Below are positions 10,801 to 24,518 of a stretch of 64,000 nt of DNA, one piece after another. The stretch is from contig NC_043019.1 of the NCBI RefSeq assembly GCF_006345805.1, positions 26,163,360 to 26,227,359 on the forward strand. The letters run 5' to 3'. A program made the position numbers and the translations under genes. How positions within the stretch are numbered: the stretch's first letter is position 1; every line of letters starts with the position of its first letter. Under the pieces are notes generated by a model. That model had not been told where the DNA came from and did not search any database. It saw only the letters and a list, made by a program, of their open reading frames with translations. Source of the DNA: Octopus sinensis (taxonomy: Eukaryota).

Positions 10801-13800
10801 GGCTGGATGCCCTTCCTAACGCCAACCACTCCGTGAGTGTAGTGGGTGCTTTTTACGTGCCACCCGCACAGGTGCCAGACAGAGCTGGCAAACGGCCACG
10901 AACGGATGGTGCTTTTTATGTGCCACTGGCACGAGGGCCAGGCGAGGCTGGCAACGGACACGAACGGATGGTGCTTTTTATGTGCCACCGGCACGAGGCC
11001 AGTCGGGGCGGCACTGGCAACGGTCACGAATAATGTAAAAAGCACTGCTAATGCAATAGGACATGGTATTGACTTATGAAAACATTTAATATACTTTATG
11101 GTGTATTATGATTGCATAATGAAATACCACTTGCCTACAAATCATTAATATTAAATAGCATCTTTCCTACATACAAAAAAAATTACTTCTATCCCTTGTT
11201 CTCAAATAACACCATTTTGATAACTTTGCATACTTTGTTGCTCAAAGAGGGCCACAAATCAGAAAGCACTCATATTCTCACATTCTCAAGTGGAATTTGA
11301 GCATAACATAGAAATGTTATCACAAAATCATCATCGTCATTTAACATCCGTTTTCCATGCTGGCATGGGTTGGATGGTTTGACAGGATCTGGTGAGCTGC
11401 AAGGCTACATTATACTCACTCTTCGTCTCTCTTTAGTCTACACCACATCACTCATGGACATCAACTCGAGAGCAAATTTTCCTCCTGGCTGTGCAAGAGG
11501 ACACTGCATGTGCCAACTCCAAGACAACGTACAGTCCTATGTTTCCCATAAGTTCATGCAGGCCTGAGTACCTGGTTACAACATCCCCCATGGGGTTGTA
11601 GGAAAACAGTGCAATGACAGGTTGATCTGCCAAACAAAACCAACGGCCTGCAAATTTTAGCCTTTTTCGAGTGTTTGGCTGATGAGCAGTAAAGATCCAT
11701 GTAGTGACTCATTTGATACAAGGTCATCACATTTTCTAGCAGGAAGAAATTCATTTGTTCATGGCACCAGCCCTAGGATGAGGCGACCAAGTTGCAAGAC
11801 AGGAAAAGACAGCAAAAGAAGGCGGGGGATGGAAGAAAAGGGAAAAACCCTCTTGAACAAGTGGTGGTGCGGTTTAGAAATCTTGGCAGAGTTTCCTCCA
11901 GTTTGATACATTGCTACTGTAGTAAATATTAGCTAAAAATTCATTGAGACAAGACAAGTGGAGCAAACAGATTTCAGGAAATAATGAAACAGTTATGCTA
12001 CTATTATTACTACTATCAACGACAGACATGGTCATACATATAATACAGACATTTTACTGAACTTATTATTATCATCATTATGAAAGTAGCTAACTGGCAG
12101 AATTGTTAGCATGCCAGACAAACTGCTTTGCAGCATTTTATCTGTCTTTACGTCCCCCGAGTTCAAATTCTGGCGAGGTTGACTTTGCCTTTTATCCTTT
12201 TGGTGGGGTTGATAAATTAAGTACCAGATGCATACTGGGGATCAATGTCATCAACTAGCACCTCCCCACCAAATTTCAGGCCTTTTGCCTATTGCGGAAA
12301 GGGCTAATTACTATTATTATGGCAGTGAGATGGAAGAATCCTTTGTAAGCCAGACAAAATGTTCAACGGTATTTCTTGTTGCTCTCCATGACCTTTGCTT
12401 AACCTACCGAGGTCAACTTCCCCTCCCAGGAACATAAAACAAAGTATTGGTCAAGAACTGGGGTTAATGTAATTGAGCACCCACTTCGCCAACAAAATAT
12501 TTCAGGCCATAATGCCTAGAGTAGAAAGGAGTATATTTTTGATATTACTAACCATTAACATTATTGTTAAATCGTCATTATTAATTAACAACTACTTATT
12601 AATCATTGTAAAAGTCTTAGCTGCTGCGTGCAACATTGATGCAAACTGAAAGGACAGGACAAGGGCTGACGTAAATGAAACAAATAATGTGTGTGTGTGT
12701 GTGTGTGTATACCTATTTCTTTATTACCCACAAGGGGCTAAACACAGAGGGGACAAACAAGGACAGACATAGGTATTAAGTCGATTGCATCGACCCCAGT
12801 GCGTAACTGGTACTTAATTTATCGACCCCAAAAGGATGAAAGGCAAAGTCGACCTCGGTGGAATTTGAACTCACAACGTAACGCAGACGAAATACTGCTA
12901 AGCATTTCGCCCGGCGTGCTAACATTTCTGCCAGCTCGCCGCCTTAATGTAGTGTGTGTGTATATACCTGTAGAGAGTTGGGTTGGTATTTGTGATACTC
13001 CGAGTTAGCCTTCAGATCATCAATATCAATGTTAGGCAAACCAGAAATGAGCAACTCCAGTTCTTGCTCGTTGAAGATAGAGATCAAGCGTTTGGGAATA
13101 ATATCATAGAAGCCCTCCAAGAAAGCATCCAGCTGCTTGCGAATCGATTCGGTCATTCTCATTTGGCAAACTATTTTTACATATTCTTTCTTGTTTTCTT
13201 CCGTTACAGTTAAATTGCGTCCGTCTGGTTTTAAATCTCGCGCCTCAGTGACACCAAATTCCTGGATCTGTAAAAAAAACAAAATTATATCTTAATTAGT
13301 TTACAAAGAAATGGAAAATTGTAAGAAGCACATTCATAGGAGCTGAAATGGTTATGTAGCTAAGAAGTTTGCTACCCAACCACTTGAGTTTAGGTCGAGG
13401 CCAAATTTATGTATGGGTCAATGAGGGCCATGGCTCAAGGGCCCTGAACATTGGGGACCCCTTTAACTTGGAGAAGCCTAAAGCCTGGAGTTAAAAATTC
13501 ATAGCTATCAAATCATTTGCAGTTTTTTCTTGTTTAAATTTTTTTTTATTCCAACAAACTTTAAAAATTGAACCCTCTTTTAATTAAAAGGGGCCCTTTT
13601 CAATTTAGTTTTTACTGAGACCCTCTGAATCCAAGGCTTTTTAAATTTTGGGGCTCTGCTTCAAACTGTTTGGAGCCTTTTTACCTCTGCCTTAGTGGAG
13701 GGATGTTTGGCCTCGTAACTGGCACAAACTGATTAGATTTTGGGATCAATCCGGTACCAGACAAGGATTCTGGTTTTATTTTTCTCCATTTTCTTTTTTT

Positions 13801-16800
13801 ATTTAATTTTTTGAGAGCGGTCAGGTTCATTTTTGGTATTCTCGTTTGTGAGAGCAGTCGAGTTTATTTCAGATAATCTCATTTTAAAAATCATCTCTGG
13901 CTAATCATTGAGAGGACATTGGTGTTGGCATGGCTGAGGTTTGTGCTGAGTGCTTGTTTTATAATGTTTTAAATTAGCAAAATCATAGTGGGGCTCCCCT
14001 AAAAAATCTAGAGGCCCAAGGACCTCACTAGGTCTATATGTGGCTCTAGTTCAGGTTCAGTCCCTCTGCATTGCAACCAAATGGACTCAAAAACACATGG
14101 TAGAGAGATTACATAGAAAAGTTTTCAGAAGAGCAGTAGGAATGGCAGTGCAACAAACATCTCCATCCATCTCTGGTATTATTAATATTATATTATCAGC
14201 CATGGGATCAAAGAGTTGTTCCAACACACTGCCTTATTCCCATGCAGTGCACTCTCACACACAGACAACAAAATTTCCAATCCTTCTAGTTGTTGTATTA
14301 ACTGGATGCTCTTTTTATCACCAAATAGTGGAGGCTGAGTGTATTTTACAACGAAGCTAGCACTCAAGAAGGTTGCACCACAGCTAAAGTCTCCCCTCCC
14401 CTGATCCTTTTATTCTGCACCAGTTATATTTAGAGCTGCTCTACCCCCACCCCAGCACCCTGTGGTCGTAATACGCTTGCAGCATCCCCATCTCTCTTCC
14501 ATTCTTTCTTTAGCATAATTTTTTTTTACAGTTGGATGGATGCTTTTCCTATCACCAACCACTTTGCAGCAATGGCTGGGTGTGCATTACCATGCCAGTA
14601 ACAAATATAGAAGAAAGGTGGCGCATGGTGGGGTTGCGCCCCATACAGCATTCCTATGTCCCCACCCCCACCCCAAAAACAGTATGCCCCATTTAATAAC
14701 AGATTAGAATGTGATTGCGCATCAAGTGAGAGCAAGAGAAAGAAGCAATACCTCTGTACTAAACGTCAGCTCATAGCCAAGATCTTTGACATCATTTTCA
14801 AGCAGAAAGACCAGTCCTTGGTAGAAGGAATAATCTTCACTTTCCATATCGGTATATCTGTCAAGAATAAATTAAAAGGTTTGAACATAAAACAGAATGT
14901 ATTAAGGCCCAATATGGTTCTTCTAACCCTTTTGATACCAACCCACCTAAAGATTCCCTTGGTTCTATGATATAAATCTCTGGTCTTGAAGTAATCTAAG
15001 TTAAAATCTTCCACCAAAATTTCAGGTCAATTTATGTTCCAAACAACACTTTAATAATGAGTTGTTTCAGTTTTACCAGTTTTTAAATGTAGAATTTACT
15101 CAAAGTTGGTATATTTCAACAGAAAGGGTTAAATGCTAAAAGATTGAAGACATTGTAAATGTATCAAGAAGCTCTCAAAATTCCTCAGGTAAGAAAAGAA
15201 AATTGCAAACAAGTGGAATATATGAGATAAAGGTAGCTGTTAACTTAGGAAAAAGTAATTAATAATGAACAACATCAAGTTTAACCCTTTAGCATTCAGA
15301 TTAATCTGTCAAATGTAAAGCCTGTTTAATTACATTATTTTAAATCAATTGTACAGCATCTTATAACTCTGAGATTTTGATGATGCCTTTGTTTATTTTT
15401 AGAATGACTTTGTAGGGTAGGTGTGAGAGGTCAGAGCTGGCTGGTTTGAGCATATAACAAGACAATTTTGGCCTGATATGGCCGGTTTAAACACTAAAGG
15501 GTTAAGATTGTTTTTGGATTACTTACTTGACAGCCTGCCCAATGATATGTTTATAGAAGGAGCGTGTGAAAAAGCACTCTAACAACTTGTTGTCATAAAT
15601 GGCCTTGGCAATAATCCGGCCAACAAACTTGAAATAGCTGAGATGGTTAGAGTTGCAATGGGATGATGGGTTGATGGTGTAGGTGACTCGGTCTCCAGGA
15701 GATGTACGGAACAACGCATACATCGGGTTGAAAATTTCTCTTGATATTACAACATACCATTCTCTTAACAAGCCACCAGCATCCTGACCTTCCTCACCTG
15801 AAACACAACAAAAAACAGCTTAAATACAGCAGCAAATTAATGTACAATAACATTTCCATTAGAAGATTTGTCAAGATCTTTTAATTACTTTTGATTAACT
15901 CAGTTTTAGGGAGATAAAAGTTATTTAGGATTAGACTAATCAAGTTTCCTGTATTAACTGTTGAAATCCTATCATTTATTTGTCCCTGCAACCCCAAAAG
16001 CCCAGATGACAGTGTAAGCCGTCTGACCTCTCCATGTTCAAAATGGACATTCACTAATAAAACACTTCCAATAATTCAAATTCATGAGAATCACTACAAA
16101 ATTTTCACCAATAAATACTGAATAAATGCTGCAAGACTATAACATATTTATTTGTTGTTGTTATTATTATTATTATTATAAAATATGAAATTTTGCTTAA
16201 AACCTACAAATGTAAAAATTGGAGCTGCAACATATTTCCAAAATTTTGGAAGCCACACCAAATTTATATAGAATAAGAATATAGACTTTTTTTTTTATTA
16301 ATTAACAAATTTCTTTTTAAATGCATCTCCCTGTGGTGGAAACATCCTTGCCTCAGTAATGGTATTTTCAACAAGAGTCACAGTTTGAAGATAATGGATG
16401 AGAACAGATGAAACAGAATCATATCTTCTAAAAATCAATAGAAAATCAATGTGGAAAGGGGATGAACATTATTTTAGATGACTAATTAGGGGGTGGGGCA
16501 TTAATTTTTACCAGGACAAAATACCTTTTAAAACAAAATTAAAGACACTAGATATCAAACATTTGTATTCCCAGACACTAAATTCCATCGTTTGCTGACC
16601 AATTTAATTGCTTATGCTCTCAGAATATCTCATGGAATTTTCTGTACCAAAAAAAGGTGAATCTCACAAAAGAAAAAAAAAAAAAAAACCCCACCTCTCA
16701 TGAAGCAACATTCAATACTTTTGTTTTGTTTACTAAAAGGAGAACATTAAAAGCTACCTTCAAACACAATGTAGAATCGGTGCTTCCATTCTTCAGGAGA

Positions 16801-19484
16801 TCGACGAAACAGGTCCCGGAAGGAATCTTCAAAAACATGTTCCCTTTTTACATGGACGGCCAAATCTTCTCTACGCAAACCTTCGTCTAATCGTTCTAGT
16901 TCCTGTCGGAAATATCTTCTCTTCACATCAAAATCCAAGACTCTAGTGTGATCAACCAAAACTGAAAATGGACCGTCAGCGAGGGGCGTTGTAGACTGTC
17001 GCAGTATTTGGTTCAATACTGTTCGGTGAGTTTCTGAAAAAGGAGAAATACAAGAATTTAAAGAAACACTGAAAAGTTGAATTCACAATCTTAGATATCT
17101 TGTGTTACAAGTTGACAATGAAATAATATATAAACAATCTATAGATGTTATACAGTTGACTGTAGATGTTGGGCTTACTCTATGGCATGCAATGAAAAAT
17201 TACTTTCAATTCGACCGTGCTAGTTTGGGAGAATATACATAAATAATTTTATATATTTTATTTTTAATCAACAAAACTGATAGAAGGGCACATAAACTAA
17301 AAATGAAAGATGAAAAAAAGTGTATAATTGTGTTATGTTTTTTCTGTTCTATCAAACACACAAAACGATTGTTGACAATAAGGTTTACAATTTGAATACT
17401 TAGAATAGATGCCACTTTCTATGGACTGGGAATAAGAATTGTTCAAAACAGGTGTGGGTAATGTTTTTCAAGAAGCAGGTCACACAAGACGTAGCAATGA
17501 AGTTGAAGGGAACCAGTATATTACTGGTACTCTTAACATTTGTTCTTAGACTATATACAGTGACAAAACAAAGATACAACTTTTGTATATATGAAATGGT
17601 TCAATATGTTATAAGGGCAAAAACTGGGAAGTCATAATGCAGTTTTTTATGCCCTCCCTCCCCAAACAGTATTTTAGAAACAGTAAAACAATTCCGTCAT
17701 TTTCATTTTACATCCACTTAATGTGATGGCAAGAGTTGGGTAGGCCATTGCAGTCTAAGTCAGTTATTTGGGTTATTGCCCTCTTGACCTTGGGCCCGGA
17801 GACCAAGATTTCATGGCTTCTACAGCTTGATGCTCTTCCCAACACTAACCATTTCACAGTGTGCTGGGTGCACTTTTTCATGATATCAGCGCTATAGAGG
17901 TTGTCAGACCCTTAACAAGACAGTGAAATAACTCCAATGAGGAATCAAAACTAAACCATAAATTTGGCTTGTCACATCCACAGTAAAAGTTATTTCTAAC
18001 ATAGACATGCCCACACATTTAGGAGGTAAGGTACAGACAGCTAAGACAGCCTCACTACTTCAATTATCCCTAAAGGGACCTTAAAACTGAAATCAGAATA
18101 ATTAAAAGAGATCTAACTAAATATTGTATAATATTTTATTATAACAAGAAATACAACTGTTACAAAATTAATTGAAAAGAAAAAAAAAAACTTACCAGCA
18201 AACTTTAAAAATTTCTGTGTGTCACTTGAGGCATGTCCCAAAGAGGATACGGACGCCACAGAATTTTCCCGGGTAAGTAACGTGGAGTTCTCCATAACAG
18301 ATGCTGGAGATGGCGAAGCTGGTGCAACTTCCATACTCAAGTGAGATAACTGATCTTCACGTTTCTGACTTGGTTGCTCGTTTTTCTTTGTTTCTTTCTC
18401 ACCTTAAAACAATATAAAACATGGATTGACACATTTTGAAAACATTATGACAGGAGATGCCACTATGAAAGGTTGCTGAACAAAGAAAATGAATGGGAGA
18501 AAGAGAGTCTCCATTGTCGACCCAACAGAGGGACCAGCTATCCGAGTTGACAGTACCTTGGTAGATAAAGCAATTAAAAGTATAAAGACAGGGAAAGCCC
18601 CTGGCCCATCAGGAATTACTGCAGAGATGCTCAAAATATCTGGCAGTGTTGGCTGTAGCCTAGTTACCTGTATAGTTAACCAGGTGATACACGAAGGAGT
18701 CATACCCAATGACCGGTGTAGCAGCACTATAGTCAACTGCTACAAAGGAAAAGGCCATGCTTTAGATACAAATAATTACAGAGGTATCAAGCTGTTGGAT
18801 CAGGTAATGAAGATCACGGAGAGGGTCATAGTCCAACTAATTAGGGAGAGATGCAGTTTGGTTTCGTGCCAGGAAAAAGCACCACTGATGCTATATTTCT
18901 GGTTAGACAGCTGCAGGAGAAATACCTAGCCAAAGATAAGCCCCTGTACCTGGCTTTCATTGACACAGAGAAAGCCTTTGACAGGGTCCCCCGATCCCTT
19001 ATCTGGTGGTCAATGAGGAAACTAGGGATAGATGAATGGTTAGTGAGAGCCGTGCAAGCCATGTACAGTAAGGTGAGGGTTGGCAACGAGTACAGTGAAG
19101 AATTCCAGGTAGAGGTAGGGGTCCACCAAGGTTCAATCCTCAGCCCCCCTCCTGAGATGCCCCCGTGCTGGTGGTACATAAAAAGCACCCACTACACTCT
19201 CAGAATGGTTGGCATTAGGAAGGGCATCAAGCTGTAGAAACTCAGATTGGAGTCGGGTGCAGCTTCCTGGCTTGCCAGTCCTCCGTTAAACCAGCCAACC
19301 CATGCCAGCATGGAAAACGGACATTAAACAATGATGATTGATATATATAGTGGTGTAAGAATTTTTACAGGCATCCCAAATACAAATATGTAAAATTCAC
19401 TAAAAATACTGTATAGACAGGCACTGACTGTTTCCAAAATTTCCAGTCTATAACGTTGTATATAAAAATAAAAACATTTAGAAA

Positions 19485-19531
<47 letters not shown>

Positions 19532-22500
19532 ATCTATCGAATGTTTCTTTTCTTTCAACATTTTTCTTTCTTTTATCCTTAATTCATCCGTCCAGGCATA
19601 AAACAGATCATGCACTAGTATAAATAGTAATTTTCCCAATATATATATATATATGTCAGTGGCACGTATAAAGCACCATCCGAATCGTGGCCGAAGCCAG
19701 TGCCGCCTCGACGGGCTTCCGTGCCGGTGGCACGTAAAATTCACCAATCCAACCGTGGCCTATGCCAGCCTCGCCTGGCACCAGTGCAGGTGGCACGTAA
19801 AAAGCACCCACTACACTCACGGAGTGGTTGGCGTTAGGAAGGGCATCCAGCTGTAGAAACATTGCCAGATAAGACCGGAGCCTGGTGCAGCCTTCCGGCT
19901 CCCCAGATCCCCGGTCGAACCGTCCAACCCATGCTAGCATGGAGAACGGACGTTAAACGATGATGATGATGGTGATGATATATATATGGGGAGAGAAAGA
20001 TTAGATAAAGCATTAACCAGCCACGAGTAACTCCCATCCTTAATATTTTAGCTAATACAGTAATTTCTCACCTATCACAATTTATTATTTAAGCTTACAT
20101 TGATTCCTTCCGTCCAACCCGTGCTAGCGTGGAAAACGGACGTTAAACGATGATGATGATGATGGTGTTGTTTTGCATTTATAATAAAATAACTATATAC
20201 AAATTATAAAAATAACTTAGAAAATATACAGTACAGTACCGTTTCTACTTGGCAGATTTTCACCTACCGTGGGGGGTTTTGGAATGTAACACCCGCCATA
20301 GTCGAGGGATTACTATATTAAATACAGTAGCCCACTAAGAATAATTAATGAAATCGTTCAGAAGAAAACTTACCAGCATGCACAAGAAAGAAGGCTTCAA
20401 CAGCTGGTTGGAGAATCAGTACGGCATGGTGGTCAGGTGTCTTGGCTAATTCTGTGAGGCAGTCTCCAAGGGTCTGCCACATTTCATCTAACTGTAATTG
20501 ATCACTAAGGCGAGGAAGTTCTCCTTCCTTCCTTGATCGTCCTTTTCGGTCATCAACTAAATTCTCTGAAAAGTCAAAAATATACAGAGTCCCAAGTGAA
20601 ATTATGTAGGACACAAAAGTAACAAGGGCAGGAATTGGACAAGTGATCTAACCCTTAAGCATTCAGATTGCTTTCAAATGTAATGTTTGTTTATTCACAT
20701 TGTTTTAATTAATCATGCATTATCTCATAGCATCAAGATTTTGGATGATGGGATTATTTTTACATGTAAGGTAGTTGATGTGAGAGGCCACATCTGGCCA
20801 ATTTTAACACGAAACGGGAGAATATTTGAACCAAATATGAAAGGTTTAAACACTTAAGGGTTCAGGATCTATAGCCCAACTGACAAGTGCCCTCCAAAAT
20901 TAACAAATGAAATGCAGTTAACTAGCAGTCAAACCAAACAAAAACAATCCTTAAATTATATAAAAGCTGAAATGTTTTAACACTAATATTAAACAAAAAG
21001 GATGTCTGACTCACTCAAAAAGGACACAAATTTTTATAAATGAAGGATAATGAAATGAAATTAATTGTAGAGAAATAGAGGGCCAAAATTGACTTTGATG
21101 TGATTTGAACTCAGAACAAAGGATAAGCTGGATACTTATATAATTAACTCTAGAGAAAGTAAACTATTTTAGCAACCCTAAATGCATGAAATATGTTGCA
21201 TTAACCCTTTAGTGTTCGCATTATTCTGCCAAAATGAATCCTTTTTTATCCACATTGTTTTGAACTAATCATGCATTATCTTGTAACTATGAGAATTTGA
21301 TGAGGTAGCTGTTAATTTTTAAAATGATATTGTAGGGCTGGTGTGAGAGAGACCAGATCTGGCCAGTTTTAACATAAAACAGGCAGAATACTTTTGGCCG
21401 GATATGGCCGGTTTAAATGCTAAAGGGTTAAACATTAGAAGTGGACCAATCATTTTTGTGCTATAAAAGTTGGCCAAACATACATACACACACACAGCAT
21501 TTTTTTTTTCTTCTTTTAATTATTAAAACTGAAACTGAGTGTCATGTAACTCAAGTTTCATGTTACTGTCTCATGAGACAAACTCAGTTTCAGTTTCAGT
21601 AAAATGCCATATGTACTGAACACTCCTTTCTCATTTGTTTAACATAAAACAAAGTATGTGTATGCGTGTGCACGCACACAATGAGCATTCAGAGATTTTT
21701 AATAACTTAGTCGAGAAAGGAAGAACAGCACTCATACCTCTAATTTTTTTCCAGAGATCAGGAGGGTGGGGACGTTATTCTCTTGCAATGGAGGGAACCT
21801 TATTGCATAAACAGACAAAACAAATAATGTAAAGAGCATTTGCCACTGCTCAAACAGTTCAATCCACTGCAGCCACCTGAATTGATCTCTGACAGATGAA
21901 AGGGCAAGTTCACAAAAGTGGGACTTCAACCCAGACGACAAAGCCGTGCATTCACCTCTTCAGTAAGACAACTGCTCCTGTCCCTCTATCCTAATTTATT
22001 TCTCAATGCTATAACCCCCTCACCCATTAAGTTGAGGAGGTTTTATGCTGTGAGTAGTTGGGGATTTCATCAGTACTAGTACCACAAAGAAAGCACCCGG
22101 TGCCCTCCTGTAAAGTGGTTGGCATTAGGAAGGGCATCCAGCTGTAGAGACCATGCTAAAGCAGACACTAGAGATCAGTGCAGCTCTCTGGCTTGTCAGT
22201 TCATACCAAACAGTCCAATCCATGCTAGCATGTATGGAGGGTGTTACATAATTATAATGATGATAATTCTTTTTTATATGCTTGTAGATTTAGTGTAGAA
22301 TCCTTGTAAAGGATTATGTGAGGTCATCGATTTCAGGAAACTTCATTGTTGCACCGACTGAAGTAACAAGATTTCAATTTGGCACGTGTCACCTACCTGC
22401 TTGATCGACATCCATTTGAGAATCTGTCATCAAAGTGACGGATTCTATGAAACTTTGTTGCTGTGTAATAGATTGTGATGGCTGGTTCTCAGATAAAGTG

Positions 22501-24463
22501 GAACTGGTCATTTCCTGACTGCTGCTGGTACTGGTGGTGTTAGCATCTGTAGCAGTGGTACCGCTGGCCGTAGAGGCAGGCGCTTGAGTAGCAGCTGCTC
22601 CATCTTGTGAGGAGAACATTGCGCCACCACTGCCAGAGGTGTCTATCAATGTTTCCATGGTCGGTGCCAACACATCGTCTGTTAGAGTTCTTTCACCTAC
22701 AAAACATCAACAGTTATAAGTGTGGTTACGAGAGAGAAAGACAGAACAGAGAGGGGGGGGGAATAGAGTGGAGTGAAAATAAATTTTGGAAATTGAAAAT
22801 ACCTGAGGGCTAAAATGTTGCTATATTTGATTGCTAGCAAAATGCTAAAATTTCGCTGAGATCAATCAGGGGCATTTACTCCCTCAAGCCCCCTAAGCTC
22901 CGAAAATGGGGGATTTTTGTAAATTTTTTACACTAGAGGAGTTGGGGGGGGGGGCTTGACTGATCTAAGCAAAAATTTAGCATTTTTTCTAGTAATAATA
23001 TACAGCAAGATTTTAGGCCTCAGGCATTTTCAATTTCCACAATTTTTTTTTATTTTCACTCCACCCTACTGTGGAGTGTGCTCAGATACTTGCACATTAA
23101 TTTCACAAACAGACTCTCCCATTGGTCAGTTCAACTGGAACCCTTGTTGTTGTAACTGATGGAATGCCATAAAAACAGCAGTAAAAAAAAGAGAGGGAGG
23201 AAACCTATGTCTGAAAGCAGTATAAACGAGAAAAAAAAGGGAAAATAGTTGTACATACCTGCGGCTCTTGCCTTCTTGGCAAGTGACTGACGTGCAGCAT
23301 CTCTGAGATGAATGATTACTTTAAGGATACGAAGGAAGAACTGTTGGCTGGAGTTCTTACTGGTCAACATAGACATTGACGGCAACTGTAGATCATGACC
23401 TCCCTTCATTTTAGTGGGGGCAGACACAACAACATTAACTGCTCGGGTGAACCTATACCATAAGAGAAAACAAAATAATCATCATCTGAATCCATCAATT
23501 AAAACTGCAATGGCAATCATGAGCTGGGAGGAAGGACAAGAGCAGTGACCCTCATCAAGATGGTTGGGGAGTGAAGATTTTAAATATAAACAGAGCAACA
23601 GCTGGCAGGGAAAGAGTTTCACAGGGATAGATAATCTTTAAGAAAGTGAGGCAGAGCCCATTTTTTGTTCTTGCATAATCAAATAACCATTTAACCACAG
23701 TTGCACAACTGGAAGCAAGTGTATATGAGTAAGATTATGGCCTTCTTAGCAATGAACTTTAACCTCAATCAGTCAACTAAACCACACTGACAGTAGTAAA
23801 CTTACACCTTACCATCAGAGTTATTGCATCTTGCAACTTTGGCCTTTATCCCTCTCTCTCTGGTACTTATTCAATCGATCTCTTTTACCAGAAACCACTA
23901 CCAGTCAGCAAGTGGTGGTGGTGGGCAAAGAAAAGGACACAGATTTTATATATATACTCTTTTACTTGTTTCAGTCATTTGACTGCAGCCATGCTGGAGC
24001 ACCGCCTTTAATCGAGCAACTCGACCCCAGGACTTATTCTTTTGTAAGCCCAGTACTTATTCTATCGGTCTCTTTTGCCGAACCGCTAAGTGACGGGGAC
24101 ATAAACACACCAGCATCGGTTGACAAGCAATGCTAGGGGGACAAACACACATACATATATATATATATATACATATATACGACAGGCTTCTTTCAGTTTC
24201 CGTCTACCAAATCCACTCACAAGGCATTGGTCGGCCCGGGGCTATAGCAGAAGACACTTGCCCAAGATGCCACGCAGTGGGACTGAACCTGGAACCATAT
24301 GGTTGGTTAGCAAGCTACTTACCACACAGCCACTCCTGCGCCTATGATAGACTATACTTTACTAATCCCAAGGATACCAACTCTGATGTCGAAATCATGT
24401 GATTTGTGGAAACATACAAAGCGATGTATTAAATATTTATAAATTCCATCCTAGAATTATGGT

Positions 24464-24518
<55 letters not shown>

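Noticed and set aside
10009-11079. ORFs of type [25 protein letters not shown] (also 19656, 30688, 37216, 38696, 43094, 45723)
   Set aside because: Antisense reading of family-B repeat tails; frames differ between copies.
20229-20316. Possible Tigger/pogo-like remnant (…CGAGGGATTACTATA end)
   Set aside because: Only one convincing end; too short to support as a feature.
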